Assembly (NCBI RefSeq): GCF_004962925.1
Contig: NZ_SUEO01000001.1
Location: 109,164-173,163 of the forward strand
Reading direction: 5' to 3'
Source of the DNA: Mesorhizobium sp.
Lineage (GTDB): Bacteria; Pseudomonadota; Alphaproteobacteria; Rhizobiales; Rhizobiaceae
DNA length: 64,000 nucleotides
Below the pieces are notes generated by a model. That model did no database searches. It saw only the letters and a program-made list of their open reading frames with translations, and was not told where the DNA came from. This document shows, in pieces, positions 29,420-39,301 of the stretch (position 1 is its first letter; each line of letters opens with the position of its first letter). Position numbers and translations under genes: made by a program.

Positions 29420-29651
29420 CGAGACACCTTTGCAATCGGTTGAGACTTACTCTGCTGTTACGCCATGAAACGTGGCTTTCGAACTCCGAAGGCGCCTCAG
29501 CCTTGGCCAGCGCGTGACCCTGCATGAGAGCCACAAGCAGGCGCGAAATGGCTGGGCAGCAAATGTTTCCAACGCAGCCAGCTTGTCAGCACCGAGCGCG
29601 ACAGGATGTTTGGCTGGCCATAGAGTGCTGCTTGATGGGGCCTGCGAGCTT

Positions 29652-30542
29652 TCAATATTGGAGAGCAGCAATGCGGCCATTCCTGCTCAGCAGCACACGG
29701 CTGTCCTCAATACGATCGACCACCCATCCATCAGCCAAAATGGCGCCGACAAAATACTTCTCGCTGTCGATGACAATATATGGTTGGACCCCATGCCACA
29801 CAGCTTCGACCGCGATTGCGGATGGCGCCTTCTCCTCTTTGATGAGCACTCCGTTCACCAGTGTTAGAGTACCCTTGGTGCGACGATCGAACGATTGCTG
29901 AAGCTTCTGCCAGCTGATGACCGATTCAGACGTGACGGTGCCTTCGGCGGTCACAACACCCTTTGCCGACCCAATCTTGACGTCGAGAAGACCCGCTCGA
30001 TCGACTTCCTCCTGCAGCTCTTGGGCCGCTGCCTCCGTAAGTTCATTGTCAGCGCGGTGACTGATCGTTCTGGACGCGACTTCAGCCCGAAGTGAATTGG
30101 GGCTCGATCCACTTGCATTGCCAAGATAGGAGATCGTGCCTGAAAGCGCGCCGATCCCGAGTGAGCTGATTATGACCATGGCGAGCACACCGATCGGTAG
30201 GCGCGGTATGCCGGTCGAACCAGGCGGCTCTGCATCCTGCACGGACAAAGCAATGGACATCTCGCCTACGAGCAGGACGACAGGAAGGGGCACAACAACG
30301 GACTGGCCTGCGGCGATATTCCGGTTGCCCTCGATACTGAGTCCGGGTGCAAGCGCCTCCAGTTCGATCGACTTGCCAAGAAGAGTTACACGAAGGTGAT
30401 GCGGTGCCAGTCCCTGCTCGACAAAGACCAAATCGGCATCGAAGCCGCTGCCGATTAAACACTTTTGAAGATCCGTCTTGCCGGTCAGACCGCAATAGTG
30501 CCCCGAACGCACTTCGAAACGGAGGGAAACGGCGTCATCCAC
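29652..30542 (-). CDS. FHA-domain, single-TM T3SS protein (Y4yQ/SctD-like inner-ring candidate)
   Basis: N-terminal FHA-like fold (CLIGSGFDADLVFVEQGLAPHHLRV), one TM segment (LAMVIISSLGIGAL) and a periplasmic C-terminal domain. Its position between nopA and rhcV is also consistent. Confidence 0.7.
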   Translation of the reverse strand: MDDAVSLRFEVRSGHYCGLTGKTDLQKCLIGSGFDADLVFVEQGLAPHHLRVTLLGKSIELEALAPGLSIEGNRNIAAGQSVVVPLPVVLLVGEMSIALSVQDAEPPGSTGIPRLPIGVLAMVIISSLGIGALSGTISYLGNASGSSPNSLRAEVASRTISHRADNELTEAAAQELQEEVDRAGLLDVKIGSAKGVVTAEGTVTSESVISWQKLQQSFDRRTKGTLTLVNGVLIKEEKAPSAIAVEAVWHGVQPYIVIDSEKYFVGAILADGWVVDRIEDSRVLLSRNGRIAALQY

Positions 30543-30659
30543 AGAGCATCTCTCAAACAGGATAGAAGCCGCATGGCAATTGCCATGCGGCTCATTTCGG
30601 GACTACGTCGCGTCAATAAGGAGACGCGCTAGGGGGCAGTCTAAAACCCGCTTCCGACA

Positions 30660-30908
30660 TTACGAAACGCGTTCGTCGGCGGCCTTCTTGATGGTCTGGA
30701 GATTGGTCGTTAGAGTGCGCAACTGGACACTCCTTTTCGTCGCCTCCAAGCTAACATTGGTTAGTTCCTGCACTTGCGCCTGAAAAGCAGTAGCATCAGC
30801 TCCGCTTGTATTGCCGGGAGTGCCACTGTTAGTTTTATCGGTATTGCCGGCGCTACTGGTATTGGTATTGCCTGATTTTTTATTATTATCAACTGCAGCC
30901 ATGATCAT
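30660..30908 (-). CDS. nopA: T3SS pilus subunit NopA-like small secreted protein
   Basis: 82 aa. The N-terminus is S/T/N/G-rich and low-complexity; the C-terminus is a helical segment AFQAQVQELTNVSLEATKRSVQLRTLTTNLQTIKKAADE. It is the second gene after the tts box. Confidence 0.65.
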   Translation of the reverse strand: MIMAAVDNNKKSGNTNTSSAGNTDKTNSGTPGNTSGADATAFQAQVQELTNVSLEATKRSVQLRTLTTNLQTIKKAADERVS

Positions 30909-30974
30909 TCCTTTTTCTGTTGGAGTTGTGCCGTCAATAACGGCCTGTATGACCTCACGCCGGATTTTACCGCG

Positions 30975-31343
30975 TCAGGCATCTTCTGTGTCATCCAAAG
31001 CTTCATCGGCCTCAGCCATCGCATCGTTCGCGAATTGGAACGCGAACGATCGCAGGATACTTTGGAAGGCTTCACTTTGTGCTGCAGACTGTGAGTTGTC
31101 TTGAAGTTGATCATTTGAAACGGTCCGGTTATCCGCCCGATCGTTCCCGCCAGCTGGCTTGCCATCATTCCCACCAGCTGGCTTGCCATCATTGCCACCA
31201 GCCGGCTTGCCATCATTGCCACCAGCCGGCTTGCCATCACCAGAATGCTCGGATTTCGAATCCCCATGGCCCTTTCGGATCAAGGAAGTCCCGAGGTTGC
31301 CAACTCCACTCCCAATTGCTGCTATCATCAGGTACTCCGGCAT
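30975..31343 (-). CDS. nopC: NopC-like small secreted protein with 4 x GKPAGGND repeats
   Basis: First ORF downstream of the tts box at 31385-31418. Small, with an acidic C-terminus. The assignment rests on synteny with nopC-nopA-y4yQ-rhcV-y4yS. Confidence 0.6.
   Translation of the reverse strand: MPEYLMIAAIGSGVGNLGTSLIRKGHGDSKSEHSGDGKPAGGNDGKPAGGNDGKPAGGNDGKPAGGNDRADNRTVSNDQLQDNSQSAAQSEAFQSILRSFAFQFANDAMAEADEALDDTEDA
31143..31238. repeat. 4 x 24-bp in-frame tandem repeat inside nopC
   Basis: (A/G)TT(C/G)CC(A/G)CCAGC(T/C)GGCTTGCCATC repeated four times head to tail. Confidence 0.9.
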
Positions 31344-31384
31344 TTGCCATTGGCGGCGACGTGTTAAAGGTTAACCTCGATCAA

Positions 31385-31418
31385 GCTAAGGGCGGGAGCT
31401 TTCGAGAACCTGACGGCT
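31385..31418 (-). promoter_or_regulatory. tts box (TtsI-dependent promoter) of the nopC-nopA-y4yQ-rhcV-y4yS operon
   Basis: The minus strand reads CCGTCAGGTTCTCGAAAGCTCCCGCCCTTAGC, compared with the consensus tcGTCAGcTTnTCGaaAGCT-N8-10-TA. Confidence 0.8.
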
Positions 31419-31800
31419 TTTGACAAAAACCGGCCAGCGCAAAAACGTATGCTCTGCAGGATGTTGCTCTCGCATCGAACAGTCGACCACGATCTCGGCT
31501 GTTCGGCCAATCCCGCCGTCCACGCATGCCGCGACCGAATGGCAGCCGCAGCAGCTCGTTTGCATCCTCGATGCTGTGGTGTCGAACAGGAGACACGGTC
31601 CACGTGCTGCATGACCGCAATGACCGTATTCTTGCTGGCTCCACGGGCGCACGCAACGAGCAGGAACTCGGTCTTTGCATCACCATTCTCTCGCCTGCAC
31701 ATCACGGCCCGGCGCGGTGAGCTCATTGGCTTCGAGAAGGTCGGCGACCGTACGAACATGGGATGGTCTGCCGGCTTTGGGAGGCCGGTGCGGATCCTCT

Positions 31801-31832
31801 TCTCACCATATCGAAAGCTTGAAGCGGTCGGA
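31801..31832 (+). promoter_or_regulatory. Degenerate tts-like box
   Basis: TCTCACCATATCGAAAGCTTGAAGCGG. The TCGAAAGCT half is perfect, but GTCAG is replaced by CTCAC. Confidence 0.3.
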
Positions 31833-31861
31833 TTTTCTTGCCCTGTTCGTGAGAACTCCCA

Positions 31862-31895
31862 TCGTCAGCTAATCGTCAGCCAAGCGGTCTATCTA
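31862..31895 (+). promoter_or_regulatory. tts box upstream of the 838-aa candidate effector
   Basis: TCGTCAGCTAATCGTCAGCCAAGCGGTCTATCTA. It lies about 450-480 bp upstream of the first plausible starts. Confidence 0.6.
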
Positions 31896-32277
31896 GGCCG
31901 GCCGTGCCTGACCTTCGGATCCAAAGGTCCCGTCTCGACACTTTTTGTAACTATAGATCGAAATGGTTTCCCGCGCGATACGCAACGCACACGCTTCTCT
32001 GAAGCAAATGTGTGACTTTGTCGGTGGCGAACGAGAGGAGTGACGCCTCAATAAAATCGTCAGGCACGTGTCTAGGAAGGGGAGCTAGCCGAGTTGGTCT
32101 GATTTCATTCGCTGTTCCTGGAAATCGGCGGACTGAAGCGCTGATAATCTCAGGACATCGATGGCAACGTTGCGAAAGTCCTGTGAGCTCGGGCCAATCT
32201 TGGCCTGCTACTGAGAAGCACTTTGGCGGGAACATTACGCCGTCGCGGGTCTGGCTGACCGTGACGTTAACCGAAAG

Positions 32278-34794
32278 ATGCCGCTGGTCTCGTCAGCCGC
32301 CAGCACAATAGCAGCACATTCTCGCCTACTACGGAGACGCAATATGAAGGGCATTGGCCGACCACGGAAATCGCAGGCTGAAACTGGAGCCAGCCGCGCG
32401 GGGCGGGCGAGCAGTTCCCTTTCGCAATCAAGTCTTGCTGCGGGAGAAGGTGGACAGTCATTCGATTCCGTTGTGGAGCAGATGCGCTCTGGGGACGCCG
32501 ATAGGAGGCCCTCCTCCCTTCCAGTTGCGCGCGGTCCAGGCGATGCCCGCGAAAGTCTGCCAGGCGCCTCGATTGGCGAAGATCAAATCCTGAACGCACC
32601 GCCACGTGGAGCCGCTGCGCCACCACGCGGAACCGTAGCGCCACGTGGCGCAGCCGCAAGGCGGCGCGGTTCTCCCTCCATGTCTGAGGGCGAAGCCATG
32701 GCGCCGGTCGGTAGCCAACTATCAACCGCGCAGGTGGAAGGCACCAGCTCATCGTCAAATGAAGATATCAGTCCGACACAGCTCAGAATGAACAGTCTTG
32801 TTCAACAACTGACTGATTGCGAGGCTGCGGCCAGGAAAACCGACGTCCCCGAGGAGGCGGTGGAGCTGATCAGTCGGGTCGTCGATGCAGCCTCAGCAAT
32901 TCTGGAGTACCGCGCTAGCCTGCCTGCGGCTGAGGCGCAGACAATTATGCCAGACGACAAGGTGCGTAGATGTTGCCAGATCGTGTGCGACGCCGCGAAT
33001 GAAGTAGACAAACTTGGCCTGTCGACGATCACGAAATTGGACAAAAAGACCAAGAAAGCGGCAGGTATGGTCGATAAACTCTACTCCTACTCCCAGGCGG
33101 ACCGGCAGGAGCTGTTGATTTTAAATGTGGAGAACCACCATACGGCGGCAATTAAGTGGTGGGAAAAAAAGGCATGGCGCTCCGAACGGCAGCGATCCGC
33201 CTGCGCTGCCACCGCTAGCCTATCCAGTGGAACGCCCGTGATGCGGGAAGCCGAGCGGTGCGCACTGCGGCTGCGTGCCGGCTCGGTACTGAGTGTCAGG
33301 ATCTGGCTGGTCCGTGAGCGGATCGGTCTTGCGCGGGCCAAGATTGAACTGCGGGCGAGCAGGTTCGAGCCAGATTTGAAGGAACTCCTCGTCGGTCGAA
33401 ATGGAGTGGTGCAGCTGATGGCAAGCGCCGGTCAAGAAACTCTTCGCGCCCTCTCTTTGGCGAAGGGCATAATGGATGATGGCAAAGCACTCAACGCTCA
33501 TGATTGCGCGGTTGTAGAAAAAATCATGGAGCGGCTTTCGGATTTTGGATTGGCGTTGCACGAGGTGCATACCAAGCTAAGCCATACCTACCCAGATGCC
33601 GGCCTCCCATTGAAACTGTTCGAACGGATCGTGGACGATGCATGGATCACTGCGCACGATGCCATGCACTTGTTGAACCTGCAGTCTCCGCCGTCAGCCA
33701 TCATGGCGCCACAGGCCCAGGCGGGCGCTGCGATGCCGGCCAGGGCAGGCGCTGCGATACCGGCTGACACTGCTGGTACGGCTGCAGTGTCAGAAGGCAC
33801 TACAGCGCGAAGGAAAGGGAAGTCAAAGCATAAGTCGGCAGCTCGCGCCGGGACTTCTGCCGCCGGGCAGCCATCAACACCAGTCGCTGCGAACGCCGGC
33901 ACAGTGCCAGCAGCCAAGGTTCTCGCGCGCTCGGATCAAGTTGCGAGTACACAGGTGAGAGCGCAAGAGGTGGCTGCGAGTTCGTCGGGGGCAGGCTCGA
34001 CAATCGGGGGCGCCGCGTTGTCAATGGAGGTATTGACGGAGCGGCTCAAACGATTGGACGAACTTTTGCAGTTCGATCTGGCCGGTCAGCAAAGCGTCGT
34101 CTCCCAAGTGCGCCAGATGAAGCCTGAGGAGGCCGGTAAGGTCGTGGACGATGTGGCCCAGTACCTGCGAGCCCAGGCCATTGAGATGCAAACCTGTCTC
34201 GCCGGGTTGCAGGGGCGTAATGTACGCCTGCTACTCACCTCCACCCAGCTACCCAAAGTGCACGAACGCACAGACCAGCTCAAAGGGTTGCTGAACATGG
34301 TGCTGGGACAGGCCAACGCATTGAATGAAGGAAAAGCCGGCATTACGACTGATTGCATGAAGACCTACGCATTTCCGGCGCAAAAATACCTGGAACATTT
34401 GTGCAATGCCGACGAATTGATGCCGCCGGAGGCACCGGTCGCGCTGCGTGGCGAGCCAGGAAAGCTGTTTGAGATGAAGCTGCAGCCCAAGATGCTGGTC
34501 AATGGTGCGATGCCGAGCCCGATGTGGGTGCACATCCACACGAGTCGCCCCGTCATGGCCAGAAACTTGGAAGGGCTGGCTGATTCCGAATTCACCGCTT
34601 GCCACGTTAAATCCAACGAACAGCGCGGCTACAATCGAGAGCGAGAGGAAGCCGATGCTAGGTCCGGTCGCGAGAAGGTCATAATTCATCGCGGCAAACT
34701 CACCCCCGCTTTCTGTAAGTCCTTGTTGACCTCGGGGCTTGGCCGCCAACCACGCCATTCGCGTGCCGAGCTCCCGTCGGCGCAGGCTGCATGA
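32278..34794 (+). CDS. Candidate T3SS effector (Nop), no domain recognised
   Basis: Long ORF inside the T3SS cluster, downstream of a tts box. The N-terminal ~150 aa are Ser/Ala/Arg/Pro-rich and disordered, with PPRGAAAPPRGTVAPRGAA repeats. The alternative start MKGIGRPRK is at 32344. Confidence 0.6.
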   Translation: MPLVSSAASTIAAHSRLLRRRNMKGIGRPRKSQAETGASRAGRASSSLSQSSLAAGEGGQSFDSVVEQMRSGDADRRPSSLPVARGPGDARESLPGASIGEDQILNAPPRGAAAPPRGTVAPRGAAARRRGSPSMSEGEAMAPVGSQLSTAQVEGTSSSSNEDISPTQLRMNSLVQQLTDCEAAARKTDVPEEAVELISRVVDAASAILEYRASLPAAEAQTIMPDDKVRRCCQIVCDAANEVDKLGLSTITKLDKKTKKAAGMVDKLYSYSQADRQELLILNVENHHTAAIKWWEKKAWRSERQRSACAATASLSSGTPVMREAERCALRLRAGSVLSVRIWLVRERIGLARAKIELRASRFEPDLKELLVGRNGVVQLMASAGQETLRALSLAKGIMDDGKALNAHDCAVVEKIMERLSDFGLALHEVHTKLSHTYPDAGLPLKLFERIVDDAWITAHDAMHLLNLQSPPSAIMAPQAQAGAAMPARAGAAIPADTAGTAAVSEGTTARRKGKSKHKSAARAGTSAAGQPSTPVAANAGTVPAAKVLARSDQVASTQVRAQEVAASSSGAGSTIGGAALSMEVLTERLKRLDELLQFDLAGQQSVVSQVRQMKPEEAGKVVDDVAQYLRAQAIEMQTCLAGLQGRNVRLLLTSTQLPKVHERTDQLKGLLNMVLGQANALNEGKAGITTDCMKTYAFPAQKYLEHLCNADELMPPEAPVALRGEPGKLFEMKLQPKMLVNGAMPSPMWVHIHTSRPVMARNLEGLADSEFTACHVKSNEQRGYNREREEADARSGREKVIIHRGKLTPAFCKSLLTSGLGRQPRHSRAELPSAQAA

Positions 34795-35288
34795 CAGGGC
34801 ACGTACTTTGGGGTCTAGGGCAGAATGCGGCCGGCCACGCTGTGAGTCAGCGAGCATTTCTCCTGGCCAAACCGCGAATGCCGCTGCGCGAGTTGCGGTC
34901 CGGCGATTGGAGTCGATCGGCTACCGTCAGGGCCGATTTGCGATGTCGCGTTACCTGCTGTTGACGTGGCGGCGTATCTTGCCTCCCATCCAACTTATCG
35001 CCGAGATCGCGCCGCCAAGATCGAGGCGGAAGGTCTTCCTGCGAGCGCGGAGCAGGCATAGCCGATCCGATCGGGATCGGCGCATCGCAACGACCCAACG
35101 GTGTGGTGGAGAAAATTGGATTCGGGAGAGCTCGTATCCAAGAGGCGGAGTTCCGGCCCGAATACAATCCGCTCGCAAGCACCCACGATGCGCATCCGCA
35201 GTTTATTGTCTGGGAGATGGGCTGGATTGCTCGGCGGCGCTGGCGCTAAGGCGGGGCTGTCGCCGGACAATTAGCATTCACTGCCAAC

Positions 35289-35318
35289 AGCCTTGCAACC
35301 GTCACCAGTTGCAAGGCT
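35289..35318. terminator. Perfect 11-bp-stem hairpin just downstream of nopP
   Basis: AGCCTTGCAAC-CGTCACCA-GTTGCAAGGCT. No clear T tract follows. Confidence 0.45.
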
Positions 35319-35336
35319 CGGCGGCGGGTCGACAAA

Positions 35337-36140
35337 TCACATGAAATCGTCGTCGGACCCGCTATCGCTGCTGTCGCTGTCCTCGGTTTTGTGGAGATAG
35401 AGTGGAGGTTTGCCTGCACGCTGCCACTCACCGGCACTGTTCTTCGTCCATTTGTCGGGATGCTGCGTAGGGTCAAGCACCAGGTCGCCATGATCCACTT
35501 CAACAAACCCCATCGTCTGCGCGCGCGCTTGTGCTTCCGGATTAGCCGCACGCCAATTCAGCAACGGTCGGTCGCCGTCTATCCGAAGTTGATGCTCCAG
35601 CAGAATATCGCCCGCATTTTCGACGAGCGGATGGGCGACTTGAAGATCCACTATGGAAGTGACCTCAGTTCGACCAGGAAATTGTTCCCGCCAACTTTCC
35701 GATTCGAACTCGTTCATGCTGAATCCGCCTTCCATTCTCAGCAGTCCGGCACTCCGGTCTCCCAATTGGTAACTGAAATATCGCGCGTGCTCCGTATCTC
35801 GACGGATGCCATATTGCTGAGCAACGTCCGCGGTGCGCCTGGCTCGTGACGATACGAACTCCGAATACTCTTGAGGATTGTCGGCGATGTGCGTGATTTC
35901 ATCACCATGAAATTGCCTCACCTGTCTCCTGAAGGAAGTCCTGTTGATCTCCACCACAGGAGGTCGGGAATTGAGGGAGTATGCTTGGGGAGCCGCCGAT
36001 GATGAGGCGCCGCTACCTTCCGATCCGGATAAGTGCATTCGGGCAAATGTGTCCGCGAACCCTTCGCTTCCTGCATCCGATTGCTCGCCGGCATTATGCG
36101 CGCGGTAACTATCGGATGAGCCACCAATTCGACCATACAT
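35337..36140 (-). CDS. nopP: Nodulation outer protein NopP-like effector
   Basis: Start MYGRIGGSS at 36140, preceded by AGGAG. About 267 aa with its own tts box. I recognise it as NopP from memory of the family, not from a search. Confidence 0.6.
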   Translation of the reverse strand: MYGRIGGSSDSYRAHNAGEQSDAGSEGFADTFARMHLSGSEGSGASSSAAPQAYSLNSRPPVVEINRTSFRRQVRQFHGDEITHIADNPQEYSEFVSSRARRTADVAQQYGIRRDTEHARYFSYQLGDRSAGLLRMEGGFSMNEFESESWREQFPGRTEVTSIVDLQVAHPLVENAGDILLEHQLRIDGDRPLLNWRAANPEAQARAQTMGFVEVDHGDLVLDPTQHPDKWTKNSAGEWQRAGKPPLYLHKTEDSDSSDSGSDDDFM

Positions 36141-36197
36141 GACGATTCGTACTCCTATGTTTCGCAACCGAGCTCAAGTTAGCACGGCTGTTCAACA

Positions 36198-36229
36198 TAG
36201 GGCGCTTAGTTGACGACTAGCTGACGAGG
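36198..36229 (-). promoter_or_regulatory. tts box of nopP
   Basis: The minus strand reads CCTCGTCAGCTAGTCGTCAACTAAGCGCCCTA. Confidence 0.65.
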
Positions 36230-36496
36230 GCATTCCAACGGCTGCACCAATCAAATCCGCACTGCCGGCCTCAAAACCTCGGACTGCGCCACGCACCGGC
36301 CAGCAGAGGCTGCAAGGTCATGCCCGGAGGACTTGCCGTAGTTGCTGGGTGGCAGATCCGAGGGGAGTGATTGCCCCAGGCCCGCGGTTGCGCGGTTGGC
36401 CTGGCAGAGACACTGGGGCACGGATGGCCAGCCGACATTTGCCACTAGCATGGAGCCAGGTCAGTTTTGAACTGGGCAGTCGTGGACTTCCAATGA

Positions 36497-37534
36497 CTAG
36501 GCCAAGCCTGCGGCAAAGAATGCTTTCGCGACAGGCTGGAAATATTGCATAGGAACCGCGTGGCCGAGTTTTGTAGTGCTTATCAGCTGACGCGCTAAGA
36601 CATGGTCATGGACGATCGTCAGGCGTAGTGCCCGCGCCTCACTCAACACATGTGAAACGCGCTCACCTTCGGCACGGCAAACTAAGAACGGCACCCCGGT
36701 TTCACCGCGAACGTAACGCAGACCGATCAGGACCGCCCTTCCTGTTAAGACCAGCGTGGCGCGATGCACGCCAAGCGCAGGCTCGTCGGCCGCCTCCTCG
36801 CGGATGCGACGCTGTTCACCTTTCAACTCTGGCGCTCCTTGCTGATCCTTCGACTCGCGCGTCACTTCGGTATTGGTCATGCGCATTTCGCGCAGATACA
36901 ACGCGCGCTGGAGCAGGAGATCGATCAGTCCGCCGACCAGCAGTGCGCCGGCGCCAATTCCCATCAGCAATTTTGTCTCCATAAAGATGAGGCCAACACA
37001 GCCCATGCCGCAGATCGGCAGAGGGACCATTGTCTTCCACATCCCGAGAAGGACAATGGAAAAGGTTGCGCTGAGAACCAATACCTTGAACATGGTCTTG
37101 CAGACTTCGACCATGGAACGAGCAGACCCCAAGCGCTTCAGCCCTTCAAAGGGGTCAATTTTCTTAAAGCTGAGCTTCATCGGCTCCAGAGAGAAGACAA
37201 ATCCACCATTGGCTAGCAGGCTGGCCAAAATCACCGCGGCGACGAGGGTTCCAAGCAGCGGGCCAACAGCCGCGACGGTGAGTTGGACGAGCACAACCAA
37301 TGCCTGCGGCACCGCGGTATCGAAAGGTAGGCTCTGCAACTTGGTGGCTAATAGGAGCGCTTCCCGGCATTTGTCCTCGATCACGCTGCCTCTTAGCCAA
37401 AGGTAGCCGAGCCCAGCGCAAGTCCCGACCGCGCGGACGAAATCGGAGCTACGTGGCAGCTGTCCTTTTTTGCGCGCTTCACTTAACTTCTTCGGGCTGG
37501 CGGCGTGTGTCTTCTCTTCACTTGTGTCGCTCAT
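36497..37534 (-). CDS. rhcU: T3SS export switch protein RhcU (SctU), without a recognisable NPTH autocleavage motif
   Basis: FlhB/YscU architecture: [23 protein letters not shown], 4 TM segments, and the C-terminal domain ...[17 protein letters not shown]... The start ATG 37534 overlaps the rhcT stop (ATGA). Confidence 0.9.
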   Translation of the reverse strand: MSDTSEEKTHAASPKKLSEARKKGQLPRSSDFVRAVGTCAGLGYLWLRGSVIEDKCREALLLATKLQSLPFDTAVPQALVVLVQLTVAAVGPLLGTLVAAVILASLLANGGFVFSLEPMKLSFKKIDPFEGLKRLGSARSMVEVCKTMFKVLVLSATFSIVLLGMWKTMVPLPICGMGCVGLIFMETKLLMGIGAGALLVGGLIDLLLQRALYLREMRMTNTEVTRESKDQQGAPELKGEQRRIREEAADEPALGVHRATLVLTGRAVLIGLRYVRGETGVPFLVCRAEGERVSHVLSEARALRLTIVHDHVLARQLISTTKLGHAVPMQYFQPVAKAFFAAGLA

Positions 37535-38349
37535 GGCAGCAATTTGTCGAACCACTCCAGCACGCCGTTGGCTTGTGTGACCTCCAGTTTCATGCTCTCC
37601 ACCAGATAGGCAGCGTAGGTGACCATGAGAACTGGAAAGACAATGTTCTTGATTGCCGGAGACAGTTGGCTCGCCTTAAATTGCGGGGCAAAGCGACGCA
37701 GCAGCATCATCGATATATCAATCAGTATCAGGAAGAACACGACAGGCCCCGATACCAATAATGCCGTGCGCATTATGCGGTCGAGAAGCCCCAACAACTC
37801 CATTGCTCCTGGCCCGCTCAGTGTCGGGTGAAACTGATACACCGGCCAGATCAAGTAGCTGCGGTACAGGACACTGATCAAAGTTTCCAGGCCTCCTGAT
37901 CCGACGAATATGGCAATCGCAGTGATCCCCAGAAAAACGCCCATCGCGGAAGCCTGACTGTTCGTCGCGGGATCGGCCGAAGCGGTCGGGCTGCTGATGC
38001 CGCGTTGGTTGTCGATAAGCTCCCCGGCAGCCTGAAGGCCCCAAAGCGGAATGCCAAGAAAAGTGCCAAGGAGTACACCGACAAAAACTTCCTTGAATCC
38101 GAGCAGGGTTAGCTGGATCAGGCGTGTATCAGGATCCAGCGCCGGCAATCCGCCGCTGACGTGTGCCAGGCATGGTAGTGCGAAGCCAACAGCCAAACAG
38201 CCCCGGATCAGCCCACTGATCTGCGAGCGTGTGAATACGGGAAAGATCAGCATGATGCCCATCGCGCGGGCTGCCCCAAGACCTGCCGCAACGACGAGTT
38301 CGAGAGCCGTCTGGATCAGAATTTGAATATCGGCCGATGGCGCTTCCAT
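37531..38349 (-). CDS. rhcT: T3SS export apparatus protein RhcT (SctT)
   Basis: 272 aa, polytopic, at the FliR/YscT-family position between rhcS and rhcU. Confidence 0.9.
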   Translation of the reverse strand: MEAPSADIQILIQTALELVVAAGLGAARAMGIMLIFPVFTRSQISGLIRGCLAVGFALPCLAHVSGGLPALDPDTRLIQLTLLGFKEVFVGVLLGTFLGIPLWGLQAAGELIDNQRGISSPTASADPATNSQASAMGVFLGITAIAIFVGSGGLETLISVLYRSYLIWPVYQFHPTLSGPGAMELLGLLDRIMRTALLVSGPVVFFLILIDISMMLLRRFAPQFKASQLSPAIKNIVFPVLMVTYAAYLVESMKLEVTQANGVLEWFDKLLP

Positions 38350-38357
38350 GGGGCGGA

Positions 38358-38639
38358 CTAGTAGCTAAGTGTCATTGCGGGAAACTCGGTGAAGATCTGA
38401 TCGGCTAGCTCTATGAGCGGGGCGCTTAGCACAGGAGCAAACAGCCCAATCACCGCGACAACGACCAGAAGCTTCACGGTGAGCGGCAAGCTTTCATCCT
38501 GGATCTGCGTCGCCGCCTGGAGGATGCCGATGACGAGGCCGACAACCACTGATGCAATGAGCGGCGGTAGAATCCAGATCATGAAAACCACCAGTGATTG
38601 GCTCATAAGAGTAATGATGCTGGATTCAGTGATGATCAG
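38358..38639 (-). CDS. rhcS: T3SS export apparatus protein RhcS (SctS)
   Basis: [50 protein letters not shown] matches the FliQ/YscS pattern. The start is ambiguous: CTG/ATC near 38639-38633, ATG 38606, or the track ATG 38690. Confidence 0.8.
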   Translation of the reverse strand: MIITESSIITLMSQSLVVFMIWILPPLIASVVVGLVIGILQAATQIQDESLPLTVKLLVVVAVIGLFAPVLSAPLIELADQIFTEFPAMTLSY

Positions 38640-39301
38640 CCTCCCGGTAACGTATAACTCAGCACAAGCCCATGCATCAATTTTGACCAACCATCAATGG
38701 CAACAAACAAAAAGATCTTGAACGGGACAGATATAACAGTTGGTGAGACCATCGACATACCCATTGCCATCAAGATAGTTGTCACTATCAGATCTATAAC
38801 AATAAAAGGCAGATAAAGTAGAAATCCTATCTCAAATCCGCGCTTCAATTCTGATAGCAAGAAAGATGGTACAAGTATTGCAAAGTCATCAGGCGTGGCT
38901 GCAGCGTGCATTTCCTCTGGCCAGACCTTTTCTGTCGAAGATAGGAAAAATCGCCGCTGCTCTTCATTTGTGAATTTCTTGAGATGCTCGCGCAAGGGCT
39001 CACTTCCGGCTTTAGCGGCGCTTACCCAGTCGTCGAATGTCTGATAGTGGAGCTTGGGATCCGACATGCGGTCATAGGTCTGCTCAGCAACGGGCGCACT
39101 AACGAACATAGTGAGGATCATCGCCGCGGCGTACAGCACCACATTGGGTGGTATGGTCTGGGTCCCGAGCGCATTGCGGACGAGGAAAAGAACAATTGAT
39201 ACCTTTACAAAGGCCGTTGTCGTGGCAACTGCTAAAACCAGCAGACCGAGTCCGGCGGTAACCGCAAGAAGCGCCAGGATTGTCGGCTGAGCTTCACTCA
39301 T
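38636..39301 (-). CDS. rhcR: T3SS export apparatus protein RhcR (SctR)
   Basis: FliP/YscR family (VKVSIVLFLVRNALGTQTIPPN..., FLLYLPFIVIDLIVTTILMAMGM). I chose the start ATG 39301 (MSEAQPT...), which overlaps the rhcQ stop. Confidence 0.9.
   Translation of the reverse strand: MSEAQPTILALLAVTAGLGLLVLAVATTTAFVKVSIVLFLVRNALGTQTIPPNVVLYAAAMILTMFVSAPVAEQTYDRMSDPKLHYQTFDDWVSAAKAGSEPLREHLKKFTNEEQRRFFLSSTEKVWPEEMHAAATPDDFAILVPSFLLSELKRGFEIGFLLYLPFIVIDLIVTTILMAMGMSMVSPTVISVPFKIFLFVAIDGWSKLMHGLVLSYTLPGG

Noticed and set aside
29420-29680. 232-bp gap between y4yQ and rhcV, with a 77-aa ORF (29447-29680) and a GGCTTTCGAA motif
   Set aside because: The ORF overlaps y4yQ, has no Shine-Dalgarno sequence and has an implausible composition. 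The motif lacks GTCAG. The gap remains unexplained, but I cannot support a feature there.
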